DNA from: Deltaproteobacteria bacterium
GTDB lineage: Bacteria; Myxococcota; Myxococcia; Myxococcales; 40CM-4-68-19
DNA: 64,000 bases
NCBI GenBank assembly: GCA_043781235.1
Contig: JAYWBT010000174.1
Span: 113 to 64,112 of the forward strand
Direction of reading: 5' to 3'
Each line of letters starts with the position of its first letter. Position 1 is the first letter of the stretch. Below, piece after piece: positions 20,943 to 32,028 of this stretch. Made by a program: the position numbers and the translations under genes. Under the pieces are notes generated by a model. The model saw only the letters and a program-made list of their open reading frames with translations, searched no databases and was not told the DNA's origin.

Positions 20943-21839
20943 TTGAGCCGGCCGCCGCCTTCGCGGCTCAAGCTGTCCGCGCTGCACGGCGACGCGGGCC
21001 TCACGCTGGTCGCGTTCCTGATCGCGCGCGGCGGGATCTCCGATGCCGAGGCGCGCGCCGCCATTGTCCGGGGTGGCGCGTTCCGGCGCGGGCGCCGCGA
21101 GAAAGATCCGCTGGCAAAGATAGCCGAGGGCGACCGCGTCGAGGTGCAGCTGCGCGCGCCCGGGCCGCCGGCACCGCTGGGACGCGAGCGGATCCTGCAT
21201 CTCGACGAGCAGGTGGTCGCCATCGACAAGCCGGCGGGCGTGAGCGCGCAAGAGGACCGCGCGGGCGGCGACGCGCTGCCGGAGCTGTGCGCGGCGCTGC
21301 TCGGCGCGCCGGTCTTCCTCGTGCACCGGCTCGATCGCGGCACCACCGGCGTGACGCTGCTCGCGCGCACGCAGCGCGCCCACGCCTTCCTGCTCGAAGA
21401 GTTTCGCGACCGGCGCGTGCGCAAGGAATATCGCGCGCTGGTATTGCAGACGCCCCGCGAAGGCGTGGTCGATCTCGCGCTCGGCCCCGACCCGCGCGCG
21501 CCTGGGCTGCGCCGCGCCGATCCCGCGGGAGACGAAGCGCGGACCCGCTTCTCCGTGCTGGAACGGCTGCGCCACGGCGCCCTCATCGCCTGCTTTCCGG
21601 AGACCGGTCGCACGCACCAGATCCGGGTGCACCTGAAGGAGCTGGGGTCTCCGCTGCTCGGCGACCCGCGCTATGGCGGCGCGGCGCAGGTCACGCGCGC
21701 GGACGGCGCTCGCCTCGAGCTTTCGCGGCCACTCCTGCACGCCCGGTCGATCGAGCTGCGCCATCCGGACGGCGGCAAGCTCGCCGTCGAGGCGCCCGAG
21801 CCGGGCGACTTTACCGCCGCGGTCGCCTGGCTGCGCTGA
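20943..21839 (+). CDS. RluA/RluD-family pseudouridine synthase with S4-like N-terminus
   Basis: DKPAG, HRLDRGTTG, TGRTHQIRVH, LGDPRYG, LHA; TTG start. Confidence 0.93.
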   Translation: MSRPPPSRLKLSALHGDAGLTLVAFLIARGGISDAEARAAIVRGGAFRRGRREKDPLAKIAEGDRVEVQLRAPGPPAPLGRERILHLDEQVVAIDKPAGVSAQEDRAGGDALPELCAALLGAPVFLVHRLDRGTTGVTLLARTQRAHAFLLEEFRDRRVRKEYRALVLQTPREGVVDLALGPDPRAPGLRRADPAGDEARTRFSVLERLRHGALIACFPETGRTHQIRVHLKELGSPLLGDPRYGGAAQVTRADGARLELSRPLLHARSIELRHPDGGKLAVEAPEPGDFTAAVAWLR

Positions 21840-21842
21840 CGG

Positions 21843-21871
21843 TTGAAAGACCGGAAAGCCTCTGTTAAGAG
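21843..21871 (+). promoter_or_regulatory. putative sigma70 promoter of the histone-like gene
   Basis: TTGAAA-N17-TAAGAG with TG extended -10. Confidence 0.5.
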
Positions 21872-21919
21872 CACGCCGCGTCATCGGAGCCTGAGAACCT
21901 GCTTTGCGGAGGGCGTCAT

Positions 21920-22132
21920 ATGAGCGAGACGAACGAGGGCGGAGAGAAGAAGGAGCCGCAGGGGCTGCTCATCGTGCAGAGCAAGGTGCGCGACGAGATC
22001 CGTGGCAAGGAGAAGCGCGTCTCCGACGAGTTCATCAACGCGCTCTCGGAGCACGTGCGCAAGACCATCGAGAAGGCGGTCGCGCGCGCCACCGCCAACG
22101 GACGCAGCACGCTCCGCCCCGAGGACATCTAG
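21920..22132 (+). CDS. prokaryotic histone-fold protein (short-alpha3, Bd0055/face-to-face-like)
   Basis: LIVQSKVR..I...RVS.EF...L...V...IEKAV.RA.ANGRSTL...D; SD GGAGGG upstream. Confidence 0.88.
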   Translation: MSETNEGGEKKEPQGLLIVQSKVRDEIRGKEKRVSDEFINALSEHVRKTIEKAVARATANGRSTLRPEDI

Positions 22133-22135
22133 CGC

Positions 22136-22948
22136 TTGCTGCAGGAGCTCGCCCTCGCGGCGATGCGCAAGCTGGTCGAGCGCGGCGGGCAGTCCGGTTG
22201 GGCCGCCACCCCCGCGGGCGCCCTGCGCTACGTGGTGCGCGGGCCGCGCGATGCGCCGCCGCTGCTGCTCCTGCACGGCCTGGGCGATTCGCTGGCGGGC
22301 TGGGCGCAGGTGATCGGTCCGCTCTCGCGCGACCGCCGCGTGCACCTGCTCGACCTGCCGGGCCACGGACTTTCGGCGCGCCCAGCTGACTGGCGCTTCG
22401 AGACGCTCGTCGCGGCGGTGCGCCACTACGCCGCCGGGCTGCAAGCGCCGGTGGTGGCCGGGCATTCGCTGGGCGGCTGGATCGCGCTGCGGCTCGCGCG
22501 CTCGCTGCCGCTGTCGGGCCTGCAGCTGATCAACCCTGGCGGCGCCATGCTCGACCGCGCGCTCTGGGCGCCGTTTCGCGAGCTGATCTCGGCGCGCGAC
22601 CGGCGCTCTGTCGAGCGCTATCTCGAGGCTGCGTTTCACCGGCCGCCGCTCGCTCTGAGGCTCTTCCCTGGCGAGGTGATCCGGACCATGTGGAGCGAGA
22701 GCGCGCAGGGGATCCTCGACGCGGTGACTGAGGCGGACTTTGTCAGCGAAGCGGAGCTTGCGGCGCTGCGGCTGCCGGTGCGGCTCATCTGGGGCGCGCG
22801 CGACCGGCTGCTCCCGGCAGGGACGCTCGACCACTTTCGCCGCGGCATCCCCGACGCCGACTTCGTCGAGCTTCCCGACACTGGTCACCTGCCCCATCTG
22901 GAATCGCCGCGTGCTCTCGCACGAGCGCTCGCGCTGCCGCTCGGATAG
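22136..22948 (+). CDS. alpha/beta fold hydrolase
   Basis: LLHGLG, DLPGHG, GHSLGG nucleophile elbow, WGARD, GHLPHLE. Confidence 0.92.
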   Translation: MLQELALAAMRKLVERGGQSGWAATPAGALRYVVRGPRDAPPLLLLHGLGDSLAGWAQVIGPLSRDRRVHLLDLPGHGLSARPADWRFETLVAAVRHYAAGLQAPVVAGHSLGGWIALRLARSLPLSGLQLINPGGAMLDRALWAPFRELISARDRRSVERYLEAAFHRPPLALRLFPGEVIRTMWSESAQGILDAVTEADFVSEAELAALRLPVRLIWGARDRLLPAGTLDHFRRGIPDADFVELPDTGHLPHLESPRALARALALPLG

Positions 22949-22961
22949 ACAAGCGCATTCC

Positions 22962-23090
22962 GTTCCCCTAAAAGGGCTTGATGTCGGGGACCAATCGCCA
23001 TTCCTCGGCGGCCAGGTCGATTACTATTGGCTCCCCGAGCTTCAATCTGGCGATTGGATACAAGCTCTCTTGAGCTGCGTTGAGGAAGAC
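22962..23090. ncRNA. candidate structured non-coding RNA (family and strand unknown)
   Basis: Lower-GC intergenic segment with several nested and mutually exclusive inverted repeats. Confidence 0.45.
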
Positions 23091-23146
23091 ACAGCGCGCG
23101 AGGCGGAAAGCCGGACGCGCCCCGGCGGAGTTGTTAGGCTCGGGGA

Positions 23147-25780
23147 GTGAGAACCCAACTGCCCAACGGCCTGACCGTCCTCGTCGAGGAGAACCACGCC
23201 GCGCCCGTCGCGGCCATCCAGGTCTGGGTGCGAGTCGGCAGCGCCGACGAGCGGGACGACGAGGCGGGCCTCGCCCACCTCCATGAGCACATGCTCTTCA
23301 AGGGCACCGCGCGCCGCGCGCCGGGCGAGATCGCGCGCGCCATCGAGGCGGCCGGCGGCGAGATCAACGCCTGGACCAGCTTCGACCAGACCGTCTACCA
23401 CGTCGTCGTCGCCAGCCAGTTCTTCGCCGAGGGCATGGACGTCCTCGCCGACGCGGTCACCAGCGCGGCATTCGATCCCGAGGAGCTCAAGCGCGAGATC
23501 GAGGTGGTCTGCGAGGAGATCAAGCGCAGCGCCGACTCGCCCACGCGCAAGCTTTCCAAGGAGCTCTTCGCCGCGTCGTTCCTGCGCCACCCCTACGGCA
23601 AGCCGGTCATCGGCACCGAGGAGAGCGTGCGCAGCTTCACGCGCGAGGGGATCCTCCGCTTCTACCGCCGCTGGTACCAGCCGCAGAACTGCGTGGTGGC
23701 CGCGGTCGGCGACGTCAGCGAGGCCGAGGTCGTCCGGCTGGCGGAGAAGCTGTTCGTCTGGCCAGCCGCCGGCTTCGAGCCCGCGCCGCAGAGGCCGTCA
23801 GAGCCGCGGCGCGAGCAGCCGGTGGCGCGCCTGCGGAAGGAGCAATTGAAAGAGGGTTACCTGAGCATCGCCTGGCCCGCGCCGCCGCTCGCCGCCGACG
23901 ACGTCGCCGCGCTCGATGCGCTCTCCATCATCCTCGGCCACGGCGAGGCGTCGCGCCTGCACCGCGCCATGAAGCGCGACCGGCTCCTCTGCACCGAGGT
24001 GCAAGCGAGCTGCTACACGCCGGTCGATCCCGGCCTCACCATCGTCGGCCTCACGCTGCAACCCGGTCAGGTGCGCGACGCCGTCCGCGAGGCGCTCGCG
24101 CAGGTCTACAAGGTGCGCCGCGAAGAGGTGACGCGCGAGGAGCTCGGCCTCGCCTGCCGGCTGCTGGAGAGCGACGCGGTCTACCAGCGCGAGACGGTGC
24201 AGGGCCAGGCGCGCAAGCTCGGCTTTTACGAGTCGAGCGCCGGCGGCCTCGAGTTCGAGCAACGCTATTTCGATAACGTCGCGCGCCTGACGCCCGCGTG
24301 GGTCCGCGAGGCCGCCGAGCGCCACATCGATCCGTCGGCCGCGGTGATCTCCGCGCTGCTGCCGAGTGAAGGGACCGACATCACCGAGGCCGAGTTGGTC
24401 GGCCTGCTCGAGGAGGCGGCAAAGGCCGAGCGCGCCCGGCCGCGCACGCCGCGCAGCGAGGCGCAACTGGCGCAGACCGCGGAGAAGCGCGAAAAGGTCC
24501 GCATCCTCGGCAGCGCGAAGACCGGTCCTCTGCTCCGGGAGCCGCTCCCCGGCGGCGGGACGCTGCTCATCAAGGAGGAGCGCGCGGTGCCGCTCATCGC
24601 CATCCGCGCCGCATGGCTGGGCGGCATGCGCGCCGAGACCGAAGCGAATGCCGGAATCAATATGATGCTCGCGCGGCTCGCTTCGAAAGGCACCAGGACG
24701 CGCGGGCCCGAGCAGATCGTGCGCGAGATGGAGTCGATGGGCGGTTCGCTCGGCGGCAACTCCGGCCGCAACAGCTTCGGCCTGCGCGCCGAGTTCCTCT
24801 CGCGCCACCTGCCGGCCGGGTTCGATCTGTTCTCCGAGGCGCTGATCGATCCGGTCTTCGCCGCCGAGGAGGTACAGCGCGAGCGGACGCTGCAGGTCGA
24901 CGAGCTGCGCTCGCGCGACGACAATCCCGCGGGCGTCGCGTTCCTGCTCTTCGGCCAGACGCTGTATCGCACGCACCCGTACCGCTTCGATTCGCTCGGC
25001 AACGAGGCGAGCGTGCAGCAGCTTGACCCGGACCGGCTCGCCGCTTACCGCGCCCGCCAGTACCAGCCGGCCGCGGTGACGCTCGCGGTCATGGGCGACG
25101 TGGATCCGGGCGAGGTTCGCGATCTCGTGCTCTCGCGCTTCGGCAAGCTGACGAAGGTGGAGCGGCCTCTGATCGCGCCGCCGCGCGAGGAGCCCATCGC
25201 GGCGCCGCGCCAGGCGGTGCGCAAGCTCGAAAAGGCGCAGGCGCACCTGGTGCTCGGCTTTCCCGGGGTGTCGCTCGCGGACGACGAGCGCTGGACGCTC
25301 GAGGTGTTGAGCGCGGTGCTCTCGGGCCAGGGCGGGCGGCTCTTCGTCGAGCTGCGCGACAAGCGGAGCCTCGCGTACAGCGTGACCAGCTTCTCGATGG
25401 AGGGCGTCGATCCGGGCTACTTCGCGGTCTACATCGGCTGCGGACCGGGCAAGACCCAAGAAGCGCTCGACGGCATCCGCGCCGAGCTCGACAAGTGCCG
25501 CTCGTCGGCGCCCAGCGCGGCCGAGCTCGATCGCGCGCGCACGCACCTGATTGGCGGACACGCCATCGGCATGCAGCGCAACTCGGCGCGCGCGGCGATG
25601 GTGACCTTCGACGAGTGCTATGGCCTCGGGGCCGACGCGTCGTCGCACTATGCCGAACGCATCGGCGCGGTGACCGCCGATCACATCCTCGCTGCCGCGC
25701 AGCACATCCTCGACCCGCAGCGCGAGGTGATCGCGCTGGTGGCGCCCGCGAGCGCGGTGCCCAAGGAGCTGCGGGAGTGA
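23147..25780 (+). CDS. M16 (insulinase/pitrilysin) family zinc protease, two-half fusion
   Basis: LPNGL, AHLHEHMLFKGT (HXXEH), INAWTS.DQT.Y; second half with GGRLFVELRDKRSLAYSV. Confidence 0.94.
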   Translation: MRTQLPNGLTVLVEENHAAPVAAIQVWVRVGSADERDDEAGLAHLHEHMLFKGTARRAPGEIARAIEAAGGEINAWTSFDQTVYHVVVASQFFAEGMDVLADAVTSAAFDPEELKREIEVVCEEIKRSADSPTRKLSKELFAASFLRHPYGKPVIGTEESVRSFTREGILRFYRRWYQPQNCVVAAVGDVSEAEVVRLAEKLFVWPAAGFEPAPQRPSEPRREQPVARLRKEQLKEGYLSIAWPAPPLAADDVAALDALSIILGHGEASRLHRAMKRDRLLCTEVQASCYTPVDPGLTIVGLTLQPGQVRDAVREALAQVYKVRREEVTREELGLACRLLESDAVYQRETVQGQARKLGFYESSAGGLEFEQRYFDNVARLTPAWVREAAERHIDPSAAVISALLPSEGTDITEAELVGLLEEAAKAERARPRTPRSEAQLAQTAEKREKVRILGSAKTGPLLREPLPGGGTLLIKEERAVPLIAIRAAWLGGMRAETEANAGINMMLARLASKGTRTRGPEQIVREMESMGGSLGGNSGRNSFGLRAEFLSRHLPAGFDLFSEALIDPVFAAEEVQRERTLQVDELRSRDDNPAGVAFLLFGQTLYRTHPYRFDSLGNEASVQQLDPDRLAAYRARQYQPAAVTLAVMGDVDPGEVRDLVLSRFGKLTKVERPLIAPPREEPIAAPRQAVRKLEKAQAHLVLGFPGVSLADDERWTLEVLSAVLSGQGGRLFVELRDKRSLAYSVTSFSMEGVDPGYFAVYIGCGPGKTQEALDGIRAELDKCRSSAPSAAELDRARTHLIGGHAIGMQRNSARAAMVTFDECYGLGADASSHYAERIGAVTADHILAAAQHILDPQREVIALVAPASAVPKELRE

Positions 25781-26631
25781 GCTGGGCACTGGTCGTCACC
25801 GCGCCCGAGGAAGAGGCCGAGCTCGTGGCCGCCGAGCTGTTCGACTCCGGCGCGCTCGGCGTCGAGGTGCAGGACCACTCGCTGCCGCTGATGCCCGGCA
25901 CGCCCGCGCTGCCCGACGGCCGCGCGCGGCTGATCGCGCACTTCGCCTCGCGGGAGGCGGTGCTGGAGCTGGCGCAGCTCACCTCGGGCGAGCCGCTCGA
26001 GATCGCCGAGCAGGACTGGAACATCTCCTGGCGCGCGCACCACAAGACCATGCGGATGGGCCCGCGCTCGTGGGTGCGCCCACCGTGGGAGGAGCTCAAG
26101 CTGCCGGCCGGCGAAGTCGCGGTGGTCATCGATCCCGGGATGGCCTTCGGCACCGGCAGCCACCCCACCACCTCGCTGTGCCTCGAGCGCGTGGACGAGC
26201 TGCTGCAGCTCTTTCCCGGCGCGGACGTGCTCGACGTCGGCACCGGCAGCGGCGTGATCGCGCTGCTCGCGGCGAAGCTGGGCGCGGGCCGCGTGGTGGG
26301 CACCGAGAACGATCCGGTCGCGCTCGACGTCGCCCGCAAGGGTGCGACCCTGAATGGCGTCGACTCGGTGCAATGGATGCTGGCGGACAATCCCGACGAC
26401 GTGCCGGGCGAGTTCGGCATCGTGATCGCGAACATTCTCTTGAACACGCTCGAGGAGCTGTCGGTGCAGATCGCGCAGCGGGTGGCGCCGGGGGGGCGGC
26501 TGGTGCTCTCGGGGCTGCTGGCGGCGCAGGGCGACGCCGCGGTGGCCGCTTATGTCGAGCACGGATTGCGTTCCGTCGGGCGCAAGGAGCGCGACGGCTG
26601 GTGCCGCGTCGAGCTCGAGCGGTCGATCTAG
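25777..26631 (+). CDS. prmA: ribosomal protein L11 methyltransferase
   Basis: IDPGMAFGTGSHPTT, LDVGTGSG, ANIL, SGLL; GTGA overlap; precedes rsmE. Confidence 0.93.
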   Translation: MSWALVVTAPEEEAELVAAELFDSGALGVEVQDHSLPLMPGTPALPDGRARLIAHFASREAVLELAQLTSGEPLEIAEQDWNISWRAHHKTMRMGPRSWVRPPWEELKLPAGEVAVVIDPGMAFGTGSHPTTSLCLERVDELLQLFPGADVLDVGTGSGVIALLAAKLGAGRVVGTENDPVALDVARKGATLNGVDSVQWMLADNPDDVPGEFGIVIANILLNTLEELSVQIAQRVAPGGRLVLSGLLAAQGDAAVAAYVEHGLRSVGRKERDGWCRVELERSI

Positions 26632-26640
26632 CATCGCCAC

Positions 26641-27345
26641 ATGCGCCGCCTCTTCGTTCCTCCCGCGCAGCTCGAGACCCCGAGCGTGCGGCTCAACCCC
26701 GAGCAGGCGCGCTACCTGACCGCGGTGCTGCGCCTGCGCAAGGGCGACGCGCTGGAGATCTTCGACGGCTGCGGCGGCCGCTACTCTGCTGAACTTGAAT
26801 CGGCAGAGATCCTCCGCGTCGGCGCGCGGCTCGCCGAGGAGGTTCGCGCGCTCGACGTGGTGCTCGCGCAGGGGCTCGCCAAGGGCGAGAAGATGGATCT
26901 GGTGGTGCAGAAAGCGACCGAGCTGGGCGTCTCGCGCATCGTGCCTTTGATCGCCGAGCGCTCGGTGGTGAAGCTGTCGGCCGAGCGCGGCGCGTCGCGA
27001 ACGGAGCGGTTCCGCCGCATCGCGCAGGAGGCAGCCCGGCAGTGCGGCCGCGCGGACGTGCCCGTTATCGACGAGCCGCAGTCGCTCGCCGGCCTGCTGC
27101 AGACCGACCGGCTCTGCCTGGTGCTCGATCCGGCGCAGTCGCTGCGGCTCTCGGCGGCTGCGCGCGGCATCTCGCGCCTGCTGCTCGCCATCGGCCCCGA
27201 GGGCGGCTTCTCGGCGGCCGAGCTCGAGCTTTCGCAGCACGCCGGCGCGCTCACGGTCGGGCTGGGACCGCTGGTGCTCCGCACCGAGACCGCCGGCCTC
27301 GCCGCGCTCGCCGTGCTGCAGCATCTTCATGGGCAGCTTGGGTAG
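26641..27345 (+). CDS. rsmE: 16S rRNA m3U1498 methyltransferase
   Basis: VLRL, KGEKMDLVVQKATELG, EAARQCGR, IGPEGGF, LRTETA. Confidence 0.95.
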   Translation: MRRLFVPPAQLETPSVRLNPEQARYLTAVLRLRKGDALEIFDGCGGRYSAELESAEILRVGARLAEEVRALDVVLAQGLAKGEKMDLVVQKATELGVSRIVPLIAERSVVKLSAERGASRTERFRRIAQEAARQCGRADVPVIDEPQSLAGLLQTDRLCLVLDPAQSLRLSAAARGISRLLLAIGPEGGFSAAELELSQHAGALTVGLGPLVLRTETAGLAALAVLQHLHGQLG

Positions 27346-27477
27346 GCCGCCCCGGCAGAAACTTCGCTGCCTGCTCCGAGCGAGCAACGGAACCGCTCAC
27401 CGCGCATCACACCAGGCGCAAGCGGCTTGACGGCGAGCTTCGCCGGGTGTCCGCTCGCTGCAGCAGCGGAGGTCGCC

Positions 27478-27864
27478 ATGAGCAGGCTCGCGTCAGTTGC
27501 GGTCGCGTTGCTCTTCTCCCTTTTCTCGCTCCAGGCCCAAGCCGATCCGCCGGGCGTGTCGACCCGGTTGCGAGGCGCGCCCATCCGCGCGCTCGAGGCG
27601 GCGCCCGAACAGCAGACGTGCACGACCCCTTCGCTCGCGCCGGTCGGCTGGGTCGATCCGTCGGACGCCCTCGCCATCGCTACGCACCCCACCGCGCGCC
27701 TCGATGCGGAGGAGCTGCACAGCATCACGCTGGCTTCGCTCGTGCAACTGCGGTTCGGCTTCGGCGGCGTCACGTTGTTCGTGATCGGCGCGCCGGCCCG
27801 GGCGGGTCAGCAGCTGACGCTGGGGCCGCAAGCCGGCTGGCGGCCGCGCTGGCCGTTCTGCTGA
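27478..27864 (+). CDS. hypothetical secreted protein
   Basis: SD GGAGG; signal peptide MSRLASVAVALLFSLFSLQAQA. Confidence 0.55.
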   Translation: MSRLASVAVALLFSLFSLQAQADPPGVSTRLRGAPIRALEAAPEQQTCTTPSLAPVGWVDPSDALAIATHPTARLDAEELHSITLASLVQLRFGFGGVTLFVIGAPARAGQQLTLGPQAGWRPRWPFC

Positions 27865-27917
27865 TTCTCAATCCAGCTTGAGCCGCGCGATGCCACCGGG
27901 TAGCAGGCAGGCAAGCC

Positions 27918-28709
27918 TCAATGCGCCCGCGCGTGCTCCAGGCAGAACTCGGTGAGCTTGCCCTGGCACTTCGCGGCGCAGTCGCAGACGCGGAACTCGA
28001 GCGTCTTGTCGTCAGCGTCGCTCTTGCCGCACAGCGCGCAGACCCGGGCCTTGCGCGCCGCGGGCTGCCATTTCGAGGTTGCTTGCCGCTTCCGGACGCG
28101 ACCGCGGAGCTTGTCCACCAGCGGGCCGGCGAAGAAGAGCAGGTAATTCAGCATCGCCACGGCGACGGCGGCGCGCGTGGGGGCTGAGCCGGTGACGAAG
28201 CTCCAGATCAAGAGCCCGCCGCTGAAGAAGCCGAGCCATTTTACTTTGAGGGGGAGGATCAGGAAGGCGAGGATCTCGAAGTCCGGGAACTCGGTGGCGA
28301 AGGCGAGCAGCAGCGAGAGGTTGAGGTACTCGTTGGTGACGCTGCCGACGAAGAGCGCCGCGGCGACGGTGCCGCACACGCCGAGCAGATAATAAACGTC
28401 GAACCGCAGCGCGCCCCATTGCGCTTCGAGCGCGCTGCCCATCAGGTAGAGAAACCAGAGCGCGAAGATGGTGAAGAGCGGCCCGAGAATGCCGCGACCG
28501 CCGCCCCACGGCAGGAAGAGGAAGGTGACCAGGCGCCACACCTCGCCGGCGCGCACCGCGTCGAGGTCGAGCGCCAGCAACCCGAGCGCCTCGGGCTTGA
28601 GGTACGTCATCAAATACACGAGCCCCGAGCCGCCGACGATGAACAAGATCAGGTGCGCCGGCGCGTACCGGCCAAAGCGGCGCTCGAGCCGGGCGAGGAA
28701 GCGATCCAT
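27918..28709 (-). CDS. rhomboid-like membrane protein with C-terminal Cys/His Zn-binding tail
   Basis: GEVWRLVTFLF, GSALE..WG, LPLKVKW; CALC...CDC...C...FCLEH. Confidence 0.75.
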   Translation of the reverse strand: MDRFLARLERRFGRYAPAHLILFIVGGSGLVYLMTYLKPEALGLLALDLDAVRAGEVWRLVTFLFLPWGGGRGILGPLFTIFALWFLYLMGSALEAQWGALRFDVYYLLGVCGTVAAALFVGSVTNEYLNLSLLLAFATEFPDFEILAFLILPLKVKWLGFFSGGLLIWSFVTGSAPTRAAVAVAMLNYLLFFAGPLVDKLRGRVRKRQATSKWQPAARKARVCALCGKSDADDKTLEFRVCDCAAKCQGKLTEFCLEHARAH

Positions 28710-28746
28710 GGCGGGCTCTTAACACGGGTGTTAGCTTCCCGCGCCC

Positions 28747-29328
28747 ATGGACCCATTTCTGCGCTTTGCCGAGTTGTTCGCGACCGCCCGGGAGAACCCG
28801 CTCATCACCGATCCCACCGCGATGACGCTCGCGACCGTTGGCGACGACGGGCGACCATCGGCGCGCGTCATGCTCCTGAAAGGCGTCGATGCGCACGGGT
28901 TCGTCTTCTATACGAATTACCATTCGCGCAAAGGCCGCGAGACGCTCGCGCATCCCGACGTCGCGTTGGTCTTTCATTGGATCCCGCTGGAGACGCAGGT
29001 GCGCGTGGAGGGCCGCGCCGCGCCGGTGACCGCTGCCGAGGCCGATGCGTACTTCGCCGGGCGGCCGCGCGGCAGCCAGCTCGGCGCGTGGGCGTCGGAC
29101 CAAAGCTCGACACTCGAAGACCGCGCGACGCTCGAGGCGCGGCTCGCCGAGGTGACAGCGCGCTACCAGGGGCAGCCGGTGCCGCGGCCGCCGCACTGGT
29201 CGGGGTTTTGCGTGACGCCGGTCGCGATCGAGTTCTGGAAAAACCGCGTTAGCCGCCTCCACGAGCGCGAGCTATACACGCGCGCCTCCGCCAACGCGCC
29301 GTGGACCATGCGGCTGCTGAATCCTTAG
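28747..29328 (+). CDS. pdxH: pyridoxamine 5'-phosphate oxidase
   Basis: PSARVMLLK, FYTNYHSRKG, QVRVEG, SQLGAWASDQS, PRPPHWSG, EFW, RLHER. Confidence 0.96.
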   Translation: MDPFLRFAELFATARENPLITDPTAMTLATVGDDGRPSARVMLLKGVDAHGFVFYTNYHSRKGRETLAHPDVALVFHWIPLETQVRVEGRAAPVTAAEADAYFAGRPRGSQLGAWASDQSSTLEDRATLEARLAEVTARYQGQPVPRPPHWSGFCVTPVAIEFWKNRVSRLHERELYTRASANAPWTMRLLNP

Positions 29329-29343
29329 CCTTCGGAGCAGCGG

Positions 29344-30738
<1,395 letters not shown>

Positions 30739-30848
30739 GAGCTTGCCTTTCGCGAGTGGTTTGAAGCGCTGCATAACGCTTCACACTCCGTGCGACAAGC
30801 GGCGCGCGGATTACTTGACCGGGAGTTGAACGGTCGTAGCGTGCGCGG

Positions 30849-31613
30849 ATGCTCTGCACCAGGTGTTCCTACCCGTTGGCGTCGCGCGCCAACCGCTGTC
30901 TTCGCTGCTTTGCGCTCAACCCGCAGAATTTGCCTCCGCCACCGGCGCGCACGGTGAATGTTGGGCCGCAGGCGCCCGGGGCTACGGGAGCGCCCGTGGC
31001 TCCGGTGGCGATGTCGATCGCGTCGGACCCACCGGTCGGCGCGACGATGGAGTTCACCGATGAGCGCGCGGGGACGGTGGATCCGCAGGCGGCGGTGACC
31101 GAGCCCCAGCTCGTCGCCTCCGCTGCACGCTTCCCCGCGGACGACCCCAAAGCTTCCTCTTCCCGCGCCCCGGCGCTCCCCGCGCGGCTGATCGCCTGGT
31201 CCATCGATCTCGCCGTCCTCGCCGGCTGCGCCGCTGCCCATGTCTGGCTCGCGGCCGCCATCATCGGCCCCGCCCGCCTCGCGCCTCATGGCGCCGGCTC
31301 CCCCGACTACTGGCTCGATCTGCTGCTCGCCCCGAAGCTGATCCCGCTCTGGGCGGCCCTCGCCGCCTGCCTCGCTGTCTCCTACTCGTGGCTCTTCGCC
31401 ATGCTTGGCGGCCGAACCCCCGGCATGGCGCTCGCCCGCCTCAAGCTCGTCACGGTGAGAGGCGGCGCGCCGACGCCGGCCGAAGCGCTCGCCCGCGCCG
31501 CCCTCTCGCTCGCCTCCGCGGCGGGCCTGCTGGGCTTCGCGCTGGCCCTCTTCGACGAGCGCGGCCAGACGCTCCACGACAAGCTCGCTCGCACCGAGGT
31601 CGTCCCGGAGTAG
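30849..31613 (+). CDS. RDD family membrane protein with N-terminal zinc ribbon
   Basis: CTRC...CLRC; RLIAWSID, GRTPG, QTLHDKLART.V. Confidence 0.88.
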   Translation: MLCTRCSYPLASRANRCLRCFALNPQNLPPPPARTVNVGPQAPGATGAPVAPVAMSIASDPPVGATMEFTDERAGTVDPQAAVTEPQLVASAARFPADDPKASSSRAPALPARLIAWSIDLAVLAGCAAAHVWLAAAIIGPARLAPHGAGSPDYWLDLLLAPKLIPLWAALAACLAVSYSWLFAMLGGRTPGMALARLKLVTVRGGAPTPAEALARAALSLASAAGLLGFALALFDERGQTLHDKLARTEVVPE

Positions 31614-31698
31614 CCACCGCGGCCGGTTCTTCACCCTGCGAGATCGCCGCTTGCGCCAGCTCCGAAGCGCCCGTAGAACACGCGCGGAGGCATCCGCC

Positions 31699-32028
31699 GT
31701 GCCCGAAGAAAAACAATACGTCCTCCCCATGCCGCAGAAGCGCGGCGTCTACTTCTTTCTGATCGCGAACCTCTTCGCGTTCGCGCTCTGCGGCGCCATC
31801 TGGGCGCTCATCTGGTACGGCGACTTCTTCACGCCCGCCGCCAGCGCCGTCTGGGGCTTCCTCGCGCGCAACTCGGGCTGGACGGTCGGCGCCGCGCTGT
31901 CGCCGCTCTTCGCCGCGCTGGTGCTGGGCTACGGTTACGCTCGCCGCGCGATGGCCCGCCGCGCCCGCGAGAAGGCCGAAGCGCTCTCGATCGCCGCGCT
32001 CTCCCGCGGCACCCAGCTGCCCGGTTGA
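31699..32028 (+). CDS. small membrane protein
   Basis: SD GGAGG then GTG 31699; two TM helices. Confidence 0.65.
   Translation: MPEEKQYVLPMPQKRGVYFFLIANLFAFALCGAIWALIWYGDFFTPAASAVWGFLARNSGWTVGAALSPLFAALVLGYGYARRAMARRAREKAEALSIAALSRGTQLPG

Noticed and set aside
23005-23040. SRP RNA, tRNA or retron msr-msd identity for the structured intergenic element
   Set aside because: gccaggtc is present but the SRP GGAA tetraloop/AGCAG motif is not; there is no cloverleaf and no reverse transcriptase nearby.
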